Source: a virus
Taxonomy: Duplodnaviria; Caudoviricetes
IMG/VR virus record: IMGVR_UViG_3300017700_000880
Location: 1-63,208 of that record
DNA: 63,208 bases
Reading direction: 5' to 3' (one strand)
The translations under genes and the position numbers were made by a program. This document shows, piece by piece, positions 10,044-18,904 of the stretch (within the stretch, counting starts at the first letter, position 1; each line of letters begins with the position of its first letter). The notes beneath the pieces are model-generated. The model was not told where the DNA came from and searched no databases. It saw nothing but the letters and a program-made list of their open reading frames with translations.

Positions 10044-10267
10044 CAACTCCAGCAACAAAGGCCGGCATCTTGGCGGAGGCAATCGAGGACTTGATTGTCA
10101 CGCTGGCCGCGCCGAACGCCACCGATGAACAGAAGGACGCCAGCCGGGCGAACCTGAACGAAGCGTGCAAGGGTTACTTGACCCCGGTGCTCCGCCTCGT
10201 GGACGGCGGCCGGCAGGAACAGAACGCCGCCAACGCCAAGGCGCTGCACAGTGGAGACGCGGCATGA
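10040..10267 (+). CDS. Hypothetical protein
   Basis: ATGA coupling on both sides. Confidence 0.65.
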   Translation: MTTPATKAGILAEAIEDLIVTLAAPNATDEQKDASRANLNEACKGYLTPVLRLVDGGRQEQNAANAKALHSGDAA

Positions 10268-11334
10268 CGTGTAAGCGCGCCAATGGGGACGGCCTTCCGT
10301 GCCTCGGTTGCCCTGATGAATGTGTTGCACCGGTCGACCCCGTCGCCGCCGTGGAGCGTATCCGTGGCGGGTATCGCGGGCGCGGGCAAACGCCTGAGCC
10401 TGTGATGAGCGTTGATGCCAACGACTTCACCTTGCCGCGTGAGGAGCCGATGAAGCCGTTCAACCTCGGCCCCTCACCGAACTTCGGCGCGCCGGGCGGC
10501 GATGGCCCGTGCTACAATCCGGCCGCGTGCTTCAACTGCCCCGGCCCGTGCGAGGCGGAGGCCGTGCAATTGGTCGAGCCGCTCCCGCCGTTCCCAATGT
10601 CGGCCGAACAGATTGCGGCGCGCGGTACGCCGGCCGACGTCGACTACGACAAGTCGATTCACAAGGACGCGGCGCGCGCGTGGCTGCTTATGTTCTCGGG
10701 GCGACACGCCTATCCGCTGACCCTGACCGAGGACATGGTCGACATCCGCGACATCGCGCACGCGCAATCGATGCAGTGCCGGTACGGCGGCCACGTCCGC
10801 CGGTTCTACAGCGTGGCACAGCACAGCGTCCTCATGGCGCGCCATGTGTACAGCGACGACGCGAAGATGGACCGGCGCTTCGTTCGTAATGCGATGGGCG
10901 GCGTTCGGTACTTCGAGTCAGGTGAGTGGGACCTTCCGCTTCACCGGCTGGCGCTGATGATGCTGTTGCACGATGCGAGCGACCCGTATGTCATCGACAT
11001 CCCGCGCCCGCTCAAGTATCAACTTTACTGGAAGCGGCCACGGGAGGGCTCCACCGTCTTCCACGACTACGTCCCGCTCAAGGACATCGAAGCGCCCATC
11101 GAGGCGCTGACCGCGAAGAAGTACGGCCTGCGGTATCCGTTCCCCGACATCGTGCACGAGTGGGACAACCGCATGCTCACGACCGAGCGCAACAGCTTGC
11201 TCACCTTCGACCCGAAATGGGAATGCCCGAGGGAGGGGCTCCCGGTGCCGATTGAGTATTGGCTCCCCGAGCAAGCCGAATTCGAATTCATGAAGACGTT
11301 CAACGAAATGATGGCGGCGTCGTCCCATGGCTGA
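10264..11334 (+). CDS. HD-domain phosphohydrolase (YfbR/YfdR-like) with Cys-rich N-terminus
   Basis: IAHA..CRYGGH..FYSVAQHSV..LLHDA..DIPRPLK; alternative start at 10450. Confidence 0.85.
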   Translation: MTCKRANGDGLPCLGCPDECVAPVDPVAAVERIRGGYRGRGQTPEPVMSVDANDFTLPREEPMKPFNLGPSPNFGAPGGDGPCYNPAACFNCPGPCEAEAVQLVEPLPPFPMSAEQIAARGTPADVDYDKSIHKDAARAWLLMFSGRHAYPLTLTEDMVDIRDIAHAQSMQCRYGGHVRRFYSVAQHSVLMARHVYSDDAKMDRRFVRNAMGGVRYFESGEWDLPLHRLALMMLLHDASDPYVIDIPRPLKYQLYWKRPREGSTVFHDYVPLKDIEAPIEALTAKKYGLRYPFPDIVHEWDNRMLTTERNSLLTFDPKWECPREGLPVPIEYWLPEQAEFEFMKTFNEMMAASSHG

Positions 11335-11737
11335 GACACACCTCAACGAGCGCCTCACCCGTGCGCTGGCCGCGCTCGACCCTTGGCGGGTGGAGAACGC
11401 GGTCGGCCCCGGCACGCCGGACATCAACTACCGGGGCGGGTGGATTGAGTCCAAGCAATTGCCGGCGTGGCCTAAGCGCGAGGGCACCGTGGTCAAGGTT
11501 GACCACTACACGCCGCAGCAGCGCTCGTGGCACATGCGGCGCGCCAAACGCGGCGGCAACATACACGTCGCCATCGAGGTGGCCGGCGAATTCTTCCTGT
11601 TCAACGGATGGGATGCCGCACAGCACCTCGGCGTCGACTGGACTCGCGATGACTTCTATCAGTGCGCCGTCATCCGGTCGTTGCACTTCAACGACGCCAA
11701 GGTGCGCGACTTCTTTATGGGGCTTGTGAACGCATGA
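11327..11737 (+). CDS. PD-(D/E)XK nuclease / Holliday junction resolvase-like
   Basis: RVEN..GPGTPDINY..WIESK..QRSWH. Confidence 0.75.
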   Translation: MAETHLNERLTRALAALDPWRVENAVGPGTPDINYRGGWIESKQLPAWPKREGTVVKVDHYTPQQRSWHMRRAKRGGNIHVAIEVAGEFFLFNGWDAAQHLGVDWTRDDFYQCAVIRSLHFNDAKVRDFFMGLVNA

Positions 11738-12108
11738 CACCGTCGCCGCTGACTCAGTTCACCGCAACCATCACGTTGATGGGTGAGCAACGCAAGGCCA
11801 TCCAAGGCGCGGTCACGAGCGAATCCGACTGGCGCATCTTGCTCGAAGACCTTGCCATGCTCACGCAAGAGAACGTCGTCATCGGCCTGCGCTCCAAGTG
11901 GGTGCGCCGCGTGGCTGTGCCGATGCTGATGGCCGACCGCGTGCTGCGAGGGCAGGACGGCAACCAGCCCGGCCGCGCCGAGAAGGCGCTGGAGATTCTC
12001 GACCAGATTACGTCGACCGACGAGAACGTGGTCGCGTTGAAAAAGGCTTGCATTCATTGGATTAAAACGGTGTATAATGCACCGGCAACCGGAGGCTCCA
12101 CATGCTGA
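11734..12108 (+). CDS. Hypothetical; resembles the C-terminal domain of YuA-type dUMP hydroxymethylase
   Basis: VIGLRSKWVRRVAVPM..KALEILDQ..ACIHWI; similarity recalled, not searched. Confidence 0.45.
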   Translation: MTPSPLTQFTATITLMGEQRKAIQGAVTSESDWRILLEDLAMLTQENVVIGLRSKWVRRVAVPMLMADRVLRGQDGNQPGRAEKALEILDQITSTDENVVALKKACIHWIKTVYNAPATGGSTC

Positions 12109-12371
12109 CCCCGTACCGTAAGGCCGCTATCATCAACCTCACCATCTTCATTCCCCTGTATCCGCTCATCGCCATATCGCTGGCGCTGACGGGCCTGCGC
12201 AAGCTGTTCACGTTCCTCGAAGATGGATTCGATTGGCTCATACAAGACCGATGGCTGGTCAAGGCGCTCGGCCGCCTGACCGACCGCGTCGAGCGCCATT
12301 ACAAGGTCGACCCCGAGTCGATTCGCGCCGCGTGGCGTGAACGTATGGCGGCGGAGCAGAGCCATGGCTGA
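12102..12371 (+). CDS. Small membrane protein
   Basis: RBS GGAGG; N-terminal hydrophobic helix. Confidence 0.65.
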   Translation: MLTPYRKAAIINLTIFIPLYPLIAISLALTGLRKLFTFLEDGFDWLIQDRWLVKALGRLTDRVERHYKVDPESIRAAWRERMAAEQSHG

Positions 12372-12705
12372 CCGCGTGCGCGTCCTCATCGCCGCCATCA
12401 TGTTGGCGCTGGCCTCGCCGGCCGGCGCGCATGACTGGTACCCGCCCGATTGCTGCAACGGGAACAAGACGGTCAACGGCGTTGAGACGCCGGGCGACTG
12501 CCAGCCCGTGGCCGACGAAGACCTCGTCGAAATCGATGGCGGGTGCTGGAAGTACCTGCCGACCGGTAACACCTTTTGCGGCACAAAGGTCCGGCCGACG
12601 AAGGACTCCAAGTCGCACGTCTGCATCGGCATCGGTGCGGTCGTGAACGAGTGGGGCAACGACAAAGGCCACTCGTACTGCGTGTTCATCAAGCTAGGGA
12701 GTTGA
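12364..12705 (+). CDS. Secreted Cys-rich protein
   Basis: Signal peptide ending PAGA, then HDWYPPDCC. Confidence 0.7.
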   Translation: MADRVRVLIAAIMLALASPAGAHDWYPPDCCNGNKTVNGVETPGDCQPVADEDLVEIDGGCWKYLPTGNTFCGTKVRPTKDSKSHVCIGIGAVVNEWGNDKGHSYCVFIKLGS

Positions 12706-12708
12706 CCA

Positions 12709-13086
12709 ATGGGTGACAGCCTTCTCAACGAGCGCAACATCAGCGCGCGCCAGTTCGAACGGTTCATCCGTGAGCGAGCGCGCTACGACGCCGAGCACTT
12801 CGACCGCGACCGCACCTTGCTCCTCATCAGCGTGGGAGCCGGCGGCGAGATGGGCGAAGCGATGGACCACTTCAAAAAGGTGGTCCGCGATTACGACGCC
12901 GACTTCGACCTGTACCCGGCCGACAAGCGGCAGGAGGCGTTGCTGGAATTCGGTGACGCGCTGAACTACTTCACGCGGTGCGCTCATGAATTCGGCTTCA
13001 CGTTGGAGCAAATCATGGCGGCCAACGTGGTCAAGCTGGAGCGGCGCGATGCCGGTCTCGAACCGGGAAGGCCGGGCCGCAAGTAA
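12709..13086 (+). CDS. MazG-like NTP pyrophosphohydrolase
   Basis: GEMGEAMDHFKK..EFGDALNY..NVVKLERR. Confidence 0.85.
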   Translation: MGDSLLNERNISARQFERFIRERARYDAEHFDRDRTLLLISVGAGGEMGEAMDHFKKVVRDYDADFDLYPADKRQEALLEFGDALNYFTRCAHEFGFTLEQIMAANVVKLERRDAGLEPGRPGRK

Positions 13087-15191
13087 TGGCGCAAAAGTTC
13101 ATCAACCACCCCGACCAAGGCGGCCTCATGTTGCAGGGCGGCGAGTGGCATCCTGAATGCTACAAGACCGCGTTGTGGCGTCCTCCGTCGATGGAGTTGC
13201 CATCGTGGAAGGGTGTTAAGCGCATCGGCCTCGACACCGAAGGCTGCGACCCTCAACTGAAGAAGCTTGGCCCCGGTGTGCGCCGTGACGGCTTCACGGT
13301 CGGCATCAGCTTCGCCATTGAGGACGGGCCGAAATACTATTTGCCTTTCGGGCATCAGGGCGGCGACAACCTCGACCGCGAACAGGTGTACAGCTACATC
13401 AAAGACCAGTTCAAGACGTTCGACGGTGAAGTGGTCGGGATGAATCTCAGTTACGACCTCGATTACCTGTGGGAAGCTGGCGTCCACATGCCTCACGTCA
13501 AGGCGTATCGCGACGTCAGCCTTGCCGACCCTTTGCTGAACGAGTTGGAGCAATCGTACAACCTCGACAACATCGCCAAGCGCCTCGGCTTCGCTGGTAA
13601 GAACGAAGACGGCCTGCGTGTCGCCGCCGAACAATATCACCTCGACCCCAAGGCTGACCTATGGCGTATGCCGGCGCGTCACGTTGGCGAATATGCCGAG
13701 GACGACGCGGCGTTGCCCTTGCTCGTGCTACGCAAGCAAGAGACGCGCATGGACGACCAAGGCTTGCTCGACGTGTTCGACATGGAGTCCAAGCTGTTGC
13801 CGGTGCTGTTGCGAATGCGCCGCCGTGGTATCCGCGTCAATCTCGACCGGCTGGAGAAGGTCGAGGAGTGGACGCGCCAGCAAGAGGCCATTGCGTTCGC
13901 CAAGGTGAAGGACGCCACCGGCATCGACATCCCGGTCGGCCAGTCGATGAACGTGGACCTAATCGCACGCGCGCTCAAGGCCGTGGACATCCCTGTGCCG
14001 GTGCTGGCCAGCGGCAAGGAGTCCGTCAAAAAGGACGTGCTCGCCGTCATCAAGCACCCCGTCGCCGAGGCCATCGTGCGCGCCCGTCAAGTTGCGCGCG
14101 TGCGGACGTTCGGTACCAGCATCCGCAACCACCTCACGAACGGCCGCATACATTGCACGTTCAATCAGATGAAGCGCACCGACGACGACACCGATGAGGA
14201 CAGCGGCGCGCGGTTCGGACGCATGAGCGCCTCCTCGCCGAACATGCAAAACCAGCCGGGCAACTCCCGCTTCTCGGGTGACAACCAAATCGGCCCGATG
14301 TGGCGCGCCATTTATGAGCCCGAGGAGGGTGAGTTGTGGTGCGCGTGCGACTTGAAGCAACAGGAGCCGAAGTGGTCGTTCCACTACAGCGCCCTCGTGG
14401 AGCAAGGTATCAACGAGCGCTCGTCCAAGATGGTGCAACAGGTGCGCGGCGCGCTGAAGCTGTGCGAGCGCCTCAACGCCGACCCCACGATGGACACGTA
14501 TGACCCCATCGTTCAGGTTGCCGGCGTGTCGCGGCCGACCGCAAAAATCATGTGGCTGGCGCGTTGCTATGGCCAAGGCGAGGGCAAGCTGTGCGACAAC
14601 CTCGGCCTGCCATCCGTGGAGGTGGTGTACGACCGCGCCATATGGGCACCGGTCCCCGTTGACTCCGAGCGCGGTCAAGAGTTGATGCGCCAGCCGGGCG
14701 CGTTCAGCTATCGCGGCGCGGGCGAAGAGGGAAAGAAAATCATCGACAAGTTCGACGGTGAGTTGCCGTTCCTGAAAGTGATGGCCAAGATTGCGAAGTC
14801 GCAGGCCGATAAGAACGGGTACGTCACGCTGCTCGGCGGCCGGCGTTGCCACTTCGAAAAGAATCACAAGGGCGAATACGAATTCACGTACAAGGCGTTC
14901 AACCGGCTGATTCAGGGCACCGCCGCAGAGCAAACCAAGCGGATTATGCTGGCGATTGCGGACACTAGATTCGGCGACAAAATGCTGCTACAAGTGCACG
15001 ACGAGCTAGATTTTAGCTTGCCGTCTGTGGAGGACGCCAATGAAGCCGCTGCCGTGATGAAGAGCGCCGTGCCCATGCTCGTGCCGACCGTTGTCGATGT
15101 TGAGTGCGGGCCGTCATGGGGCGAAGCCATGACCATCGAAGAGGTTATCGATGGCAAAAAGACCAAGCGTTATTACAGGTGGAATATCTGA
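13086..15191 (+). CDS. polA: DNA polymerase family A with 3'-5' exonuclease
   Basis: Exo LDTE, N..YD, YAEDDA; motif A DLKQQE, motif B RPTAKIMWLARCYG, motif C VHDE. Confidence 0.95.
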   Translation: MAQKFINHPDQGGLMLQGGEWHPECYKTALWRPPSMELPSWKGVKRIGLDTEGCDPQLKKLGPGVRRDGFTVGISFAIEDGPKYYLPFGHQGGDNLDREQVYSYIKDQFKTFDGEVVGMNLSYDLDYLWEAGVHMPHVKAYRDVSLADPLLNELEQSYNLDNIAKRLGFAGKNEDGLRVAAEQYHLDPKADLWRMPARHVGEYAEDDAALPLLVLRKQETRMDDQGLLDVFDMESKLLPVLLRMRRRGIRVNLDRLEKVEEWTRQQEAIAFAKVKDATGIDIPVGQSMNVDLIARALKAVDIPVPVLASGKESVKKDVLAVIKHPVAEAIVRARQVARVRTFGTSIRNHLTNGRIHCTFNQMKRTDDDTDEDSGARFGRMSASSPNMQNQPGNSRFSGDNQIGPMWRAIYEPEEGELWCACDLKQQEPKWSFHYSALVEQGINERSSKMVQQVRGALKLCERLNADPTMDTYDPIVQVAGVSRPTAKIMWLARCYGQGEGKLCDNLGLPSVEVVYDRAIWAPVPVDSERGQELMRQPGAFSYRGAGEEGKKIIDKFDGELPFLKVMAKIAKSQADKNGYVTLLGGRRCHFEKNHKGEYEFTYKAFNRLIQGTAAEQTKRIMLAIADTRFGDKMLLQVHDELDFSLPSVEDANEAAAVMKSAVPMLVPTVVDVECGPSWGEAMTIEEVIDGKKTKRYYRWNI

Positions 15192-17608
15192 TGGTCGATG
15201 ACACCGCGCCGATTCCCAATACAGCCGCTGCGGTTGAATTCCTTCAATCGTGGCCGGGCTTCCCGGTGCTCAGCGCATCGCATACCGAACTTGCCACCGG
15301 TAAAAAGGGCCTGTTCGAGTCCAAGTCATTCCCCGCGCCGACCGATTGGAACGCCGTCGCAAAGTGGATTGATGCGCGCCAAGGCAAGGCGAACCTTTAC
15401 TTCAGCGTCAACCCACTCACGCACGCCATCGACAAAAAGGCCGAGCGCACCGACATCGCGCGCATCGTTGCGCTGCAGGTCGATAGCGATGTGCGGCCGG
15501 GCGAGAATCAGGCGGATGGCACCGCACGCATCATCAAGATGTTCGAAGCGTACAAGGTGCCGCCCTCGCTCATCATCAGTTCAGGCGGCGGCGCGCAGGC
15601 GTTTTGGTTGCTTGAGGAGCCGCTGGACATCGGTGGCGACTTGGTCAAGGCCGAGGACGCCAAGCTGTACAATATCCAGCTTGAGCGCGACCTGCAGGGC
15701 GACAACTGCCACAACATCGACCGCATCATGCGGCTCCCCGGCACCATCAACATCCCGAACACGACCAAGCTGAAGAAGGGTCGCAAGCCGAGCGTGGCCG
15801 CCATCTACAGCCGCACCGACGCCAAGTATCCCATCACGGCGTTCGCCAAGGCCATGAAGATTCAGGAGGCGGAGGAGAAGCCCGGCGCGGGACCGACCAA
15901 GGGCATCGACATCGTCATCAGTGGCAATTATGAGCGCATGGCCCCGAACGATGAGCGCCTGACAAAGACGCTCGGAGCAAAGTGGAGCACGTTCGGATTC
16001 ACGGGTGACACTGAGAACACTTATGGCGGCGACCGCTCCAAGGCGCTGTTCGCGTGGGTGTGCCAAGCCATCCGCGCCAAGGTGCCGGACCAAATCATTG
16101 CGAACTGCATCATGGACCCCGATTGGAAAATCGGTGAGTGCGCGCGCGAGAAAAAGAACGTCGACCGCGAGTTGCGCCGTGTCATCGAGCGCGGCCATAT
16201 GTTTGCCATCGACAACGATGACGACCTTGGCGAGATGAACGACAAGTACGCCGTCGTCAACGTGTACGGCAAGACGCGCGTCATGACTCAGGGGTTGAGC
16301 GCCATCTACCCCGACCGATGGTTGCCTCAGTACAGCACGTTCGAGGACTTCCAGAACCTGCACTCGAATCGGTTCAAGGAATTCCTCATTGAGGGAGAGG
16401 TGACTCGCATCCCGCTCGGCTCATGGTGGATTAAGAACAAGCAGCGCCGGCAATACAATGACGGCTTGCGATACCTCCCTCACCACGACGCCGACATCGT
16501 TGGCGATGCGCTGAACCTGTGGCGCGGCTTCACCGTTGTACCGAAGGCCGGCGACTGTGGTCTGTATCTGGCGCACATGCGCGAGAACATCTGTTCGGGC
16601 AACGAGGCGAACTATCAATACCTGATGCACCTCATGGCCGATGCGGTCCAAAATCGTGGCCGGCCGGGCGGCGTGGCAACGTGTCTCCGGGGTGGCAAGG
16701 GCACCGGCAAGGGATTTTTCATCCGCACGTTCGGTCGACTGTTCGGCCAGCACTTCCTCGCTGTGACCAACGCCGAACACTTGACCGGCAAGTTTAACCA
16801 GCACCTCGAAACAGTGTCGATTCTGTTCGCCGATGAGTGCTTCTTCGCTGGCGACAAAAAGCACGAGCAAATCCTCAAGGTGCTCATCACCGAGCCGGAA
16901 ATCATCATCGAGCCGAAGGGCATCAACGCCTATCAGGCCCCGAACTACCTGCACATCTTCATGGCATCAAATGGCGATTGGGTGGTGCCAGCCTCCAGCG
17001 ATGAGCGCCGTTACTTTGTGCTCGACGTCGGTACGGGCTCGCAACAGAACGGCGCGTACTTCGCCGCCATCGCTGACCAGATGAATAACAAGGGCGGCAA
17101 CGAGGCGCTGCTTCATCTGTTGCTGAACCTCGACTTGACCGCATTCGATATCCGCAAGGTGCCGAACACCGAAGGGCTCAAGCGCCAGAAGGCGCTCAGC
17201 CGGCGCGGATTCGATGCGCTGATCGAACAGGTTTGCCACGATGGCATCATCCCGTTCGGCTATGAGCGCGCGCCGGATGTGGCCGTCACAACCAAGGACG
17301 ACCACGGCCGCTCGTTCTGGACTGATATCCAGAGCACGCATTACGAGTTGAAGTTCATGGCCCCGACCGCCATGGGTATGAAGCTCAAGGAGTGGGGCTG
17401 TAAGCCGTGGCACCGCCCTCGGGTAAAGTTGCGCGGCATTCAATTCCCGCCGCTGAACGAATTGCGCGCCAAATTCGAAGACAAGTTCGGGCCGCAACAG
17501 TGGGATACCGACGTCGATTGCTGGCAAGGCAACGACTCCGATGCCAGCCGTGCGCCGGGTACCGCATCGGGCAAGGCCGACAAGGGCGACCCCGAAATCC
17601 CGTTCTAG
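15191..17608 (+). CDS. RepB'-like primase fused to an SF3 (DUF5906-like) helicase
   Basis: YFSVNP, QVDSD, SGGG, RIMRLPGT; Walker A GGKGTGKG, Walker B FADE; DERRY. Confidence 0.88.
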   Translation: MVDDTAPIPNTAAAVEFLQSWPGFPVLSASHTELATGKKGLFESKSFPAPTDWNAVAKWIDARQGKANLYFSVNPLTHAIDKKAERTDIARIVALQVDSDVRPGENQADGTARIIKMFEAYKVPPSLIISSGGGAQAFWLLEEPLDIGGDLVKAEDAKLYNIQLERDLQGDNCHNIDRIMRLPGTINIPNTTKLKKGRKPSVAAIYSRTDAKYPITAFAKAMKIQEAEEKPGAGPTKGIDIVISGNYERMAPNDERLTKTLGAKWSTFGFTGDTENTYGGDRSKALFAWVCQAIRAKVPDQIIANCIMDPDWKIGECAREKKNVDRELRRVIERGHMFAIDNDDDLGEMNDKYAVVNVYGKTRVMTQGLSAIYPDRWLPQYSTFEDFQNLHSNRFKEFLIEGEVTRIPLGSWWIKNKQRRQYNDGLRYLPHHDADIVGDALNLWRGFTVVPKAGDCGLYLAHMRENICSGNEANYQYLMHLMADAVQNRGRPGGVATCLRGGKGTGKGFFIRTFGRLFGQHFLAVTNAEHLTGKFNQHLETVSILFADECFFAGDKKHEQILKVLITEPEIIIEPKGINAYQAPNYLHIFMASNGDWVVPASSDERRYFVLDVGTGSQQNGAYFAAIADQMNNKGGNEALLHLLLNLDLTAFDIRKVPNTEGLKRQKALSRRGFDALIEQVCHDGIIPFGYERAPDVAVTTKDDHGRSFWTDIQSTHYELKFMAPTAMGMKLKEWGCKPWHRPRVKLRGIQFPPLNELRAKFEDKFGPQQWDTDVDCWQGNDSDASRAPGTASGKADKGDPEIPF

Positions 17609-17900
17609 CCGGCGGCGATGCGGTAGGGTGCGGGTCGGATATGGCCTGTTCGACATCGCTTAACTCCATGAAATGATTACAGAATGAGCCGCGATGCGGT
17701 AGGGTGCCGATACCCGAGGGAAGAGCCGTTAGGGGAAGGCACACGCGCAGTCGATTCCGTTGTCGGTTGTTATTGTTCGACATCCTTCCACATCCTTCAA
17801 CATCTTCTATAAAAGAATAAATAGAACAGTGAGTTAGGCGATGCCGAACGATGCGGTAAGATTCTGAACTGTGCAATTCACCCCTCTCGGGTGGTTGACA
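17609..17900. other. Non-coding repeat and AT-rich region; candidate origin or pac site
   Basis: gcgatgcggtagggtgc at 17615 and 17691, partial at 17849; tandem acatccttc; AT-rich 17805-17830. Confidence 0.5.
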
Positions 17901-17987
17901 TCCGCGCGCCAGCACGAGCATCGTCCACACGCGCGCGCGTGCGCGAGGAGTCGCGGCAACGCATTGCCGTTACAGGAGAACAGGGCA

Positions 17988-18716
17988 ATGGCGAGCAAAC
18001 GTAACGACGAGGGCATGCAAGCGGACGCGGTACAGGCCAGCGATGCCGATGGCGGGTCATGGGGCGGCCGGGACCAAGAGGTGGAGGGCGGCGAGGTGGA
18101 CGAATTCGACGCCGATGCGCCGCGCCCGAGTCGGGCGGTGCCGGCCCCGAACTACCAAGCGGTCGCCAAGGCCACGCAACACGCCAACGCCATTACGCCG
18201 GAAGAGCAAAACCAATTCCTCATCCTGTACGCCGAGACCGGCCAGTGGAATCAGTCGGCCTATCGCATCGGTCGAAGCGGTCGCGCCTTCCGCACGCTGT
18301 GCCAAATCGAGCCCGGTTTTTGTTTGCTGGTACAGGAGGCCCTGCAAGACTGGCGCGAGCGCATCACTGGCGAGATTGTTCGGCGCGGCTTCATCGGTGT
18401 GCTCAAGCCCGTGTTCGGTTCACAAGGCAAGGACGTTGGCAACGGGCAGGTCGGTGTGATTCGCGAGTACAGCGACCGCTTGCTCGAATTGGAAGCGAAG
18501 GCGGTGTATCCTGAAAAGTATCGGGAGCAATACGCGCCTCCGCAAAACCCCGCAGGCGTGGACGCAAGCGGCGAGGCGTCGTATGGTGTCGTTCAGGTGC
18601 CGGCCCCAATGGTCGACGAGGCGGAATGGGAGAGGGTCTATGGGGCTGCTGCAGCGGGACGACTTACTCGAAAAGTTACGCGACCAGTTGGCGCACGCGC
18701 TCCAGACAAAAAGTAA
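17988..18716 (+). CDS. terS: Terminase small subunit
   Basis: RRG..GVLKPVF..REYSDRLL...PEKYRE; upstream of terL; RBS AGGAG. Confidence 0.8.
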   Translation: MASKRNDEGMQADAVQASDADGGSWGGRDQEVEGGEVDEFDADAPRPSRAVPAPNYQAVAKATQHANAITPEEQNQFLILYAETGQWNQSAYRIGRSGRAFRTLCQIEPGFCLLVQEALQDWRERITGEIVRRGFIGVLKPVFGSQGKDVGNGQVGVIREYSDRLLELEAKAVYPEKYREQYAPPQNPAGVDASGEASYGVVQVPAPMVDEAEWERVYGAAAAGRLTRKVTRPVGARAPDKK

Positions 18717-18900
18717 CGCGGACGTCGTGCGCGCGCATCAGGGTCACGCTCCAGCGCATATCCTTATCTGCCGGGGCGAGGGGCGATGCCCTCTGGCAAG
18801 CGACCCCGTCACCACTTGCGAATTCTGTTACGCTGTTCCAGCCAACGCGCGCGAGCGCGACATCGACTCGCTGGTCGGCCGCATCATGAAGGGGCACTAA
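18640..18900 (+). CDS. Small Cys-containing hypothetical protein
   Basis: RBS-like GAGAGG; CRGEGRC..CEFC; fills the gap before terL. Confidence 0.5.
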   Translation: MGLLQRDDLLEKLRDQLAHALQTKSNADVVRAHQGHAPAHILICRGEGRCPLASDPVTTCEFCYAVPANARERDIDSLVGRIMKGH

Positions 18901-18904
18901 CGCG

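Noticed and set aside
6441-11737. Restriction-modification system formed by the MTases and nearby nucleases
   Set aside because: The nucleases look like ordinary phage HNH and resolvase types and are not adjacent to the MTases
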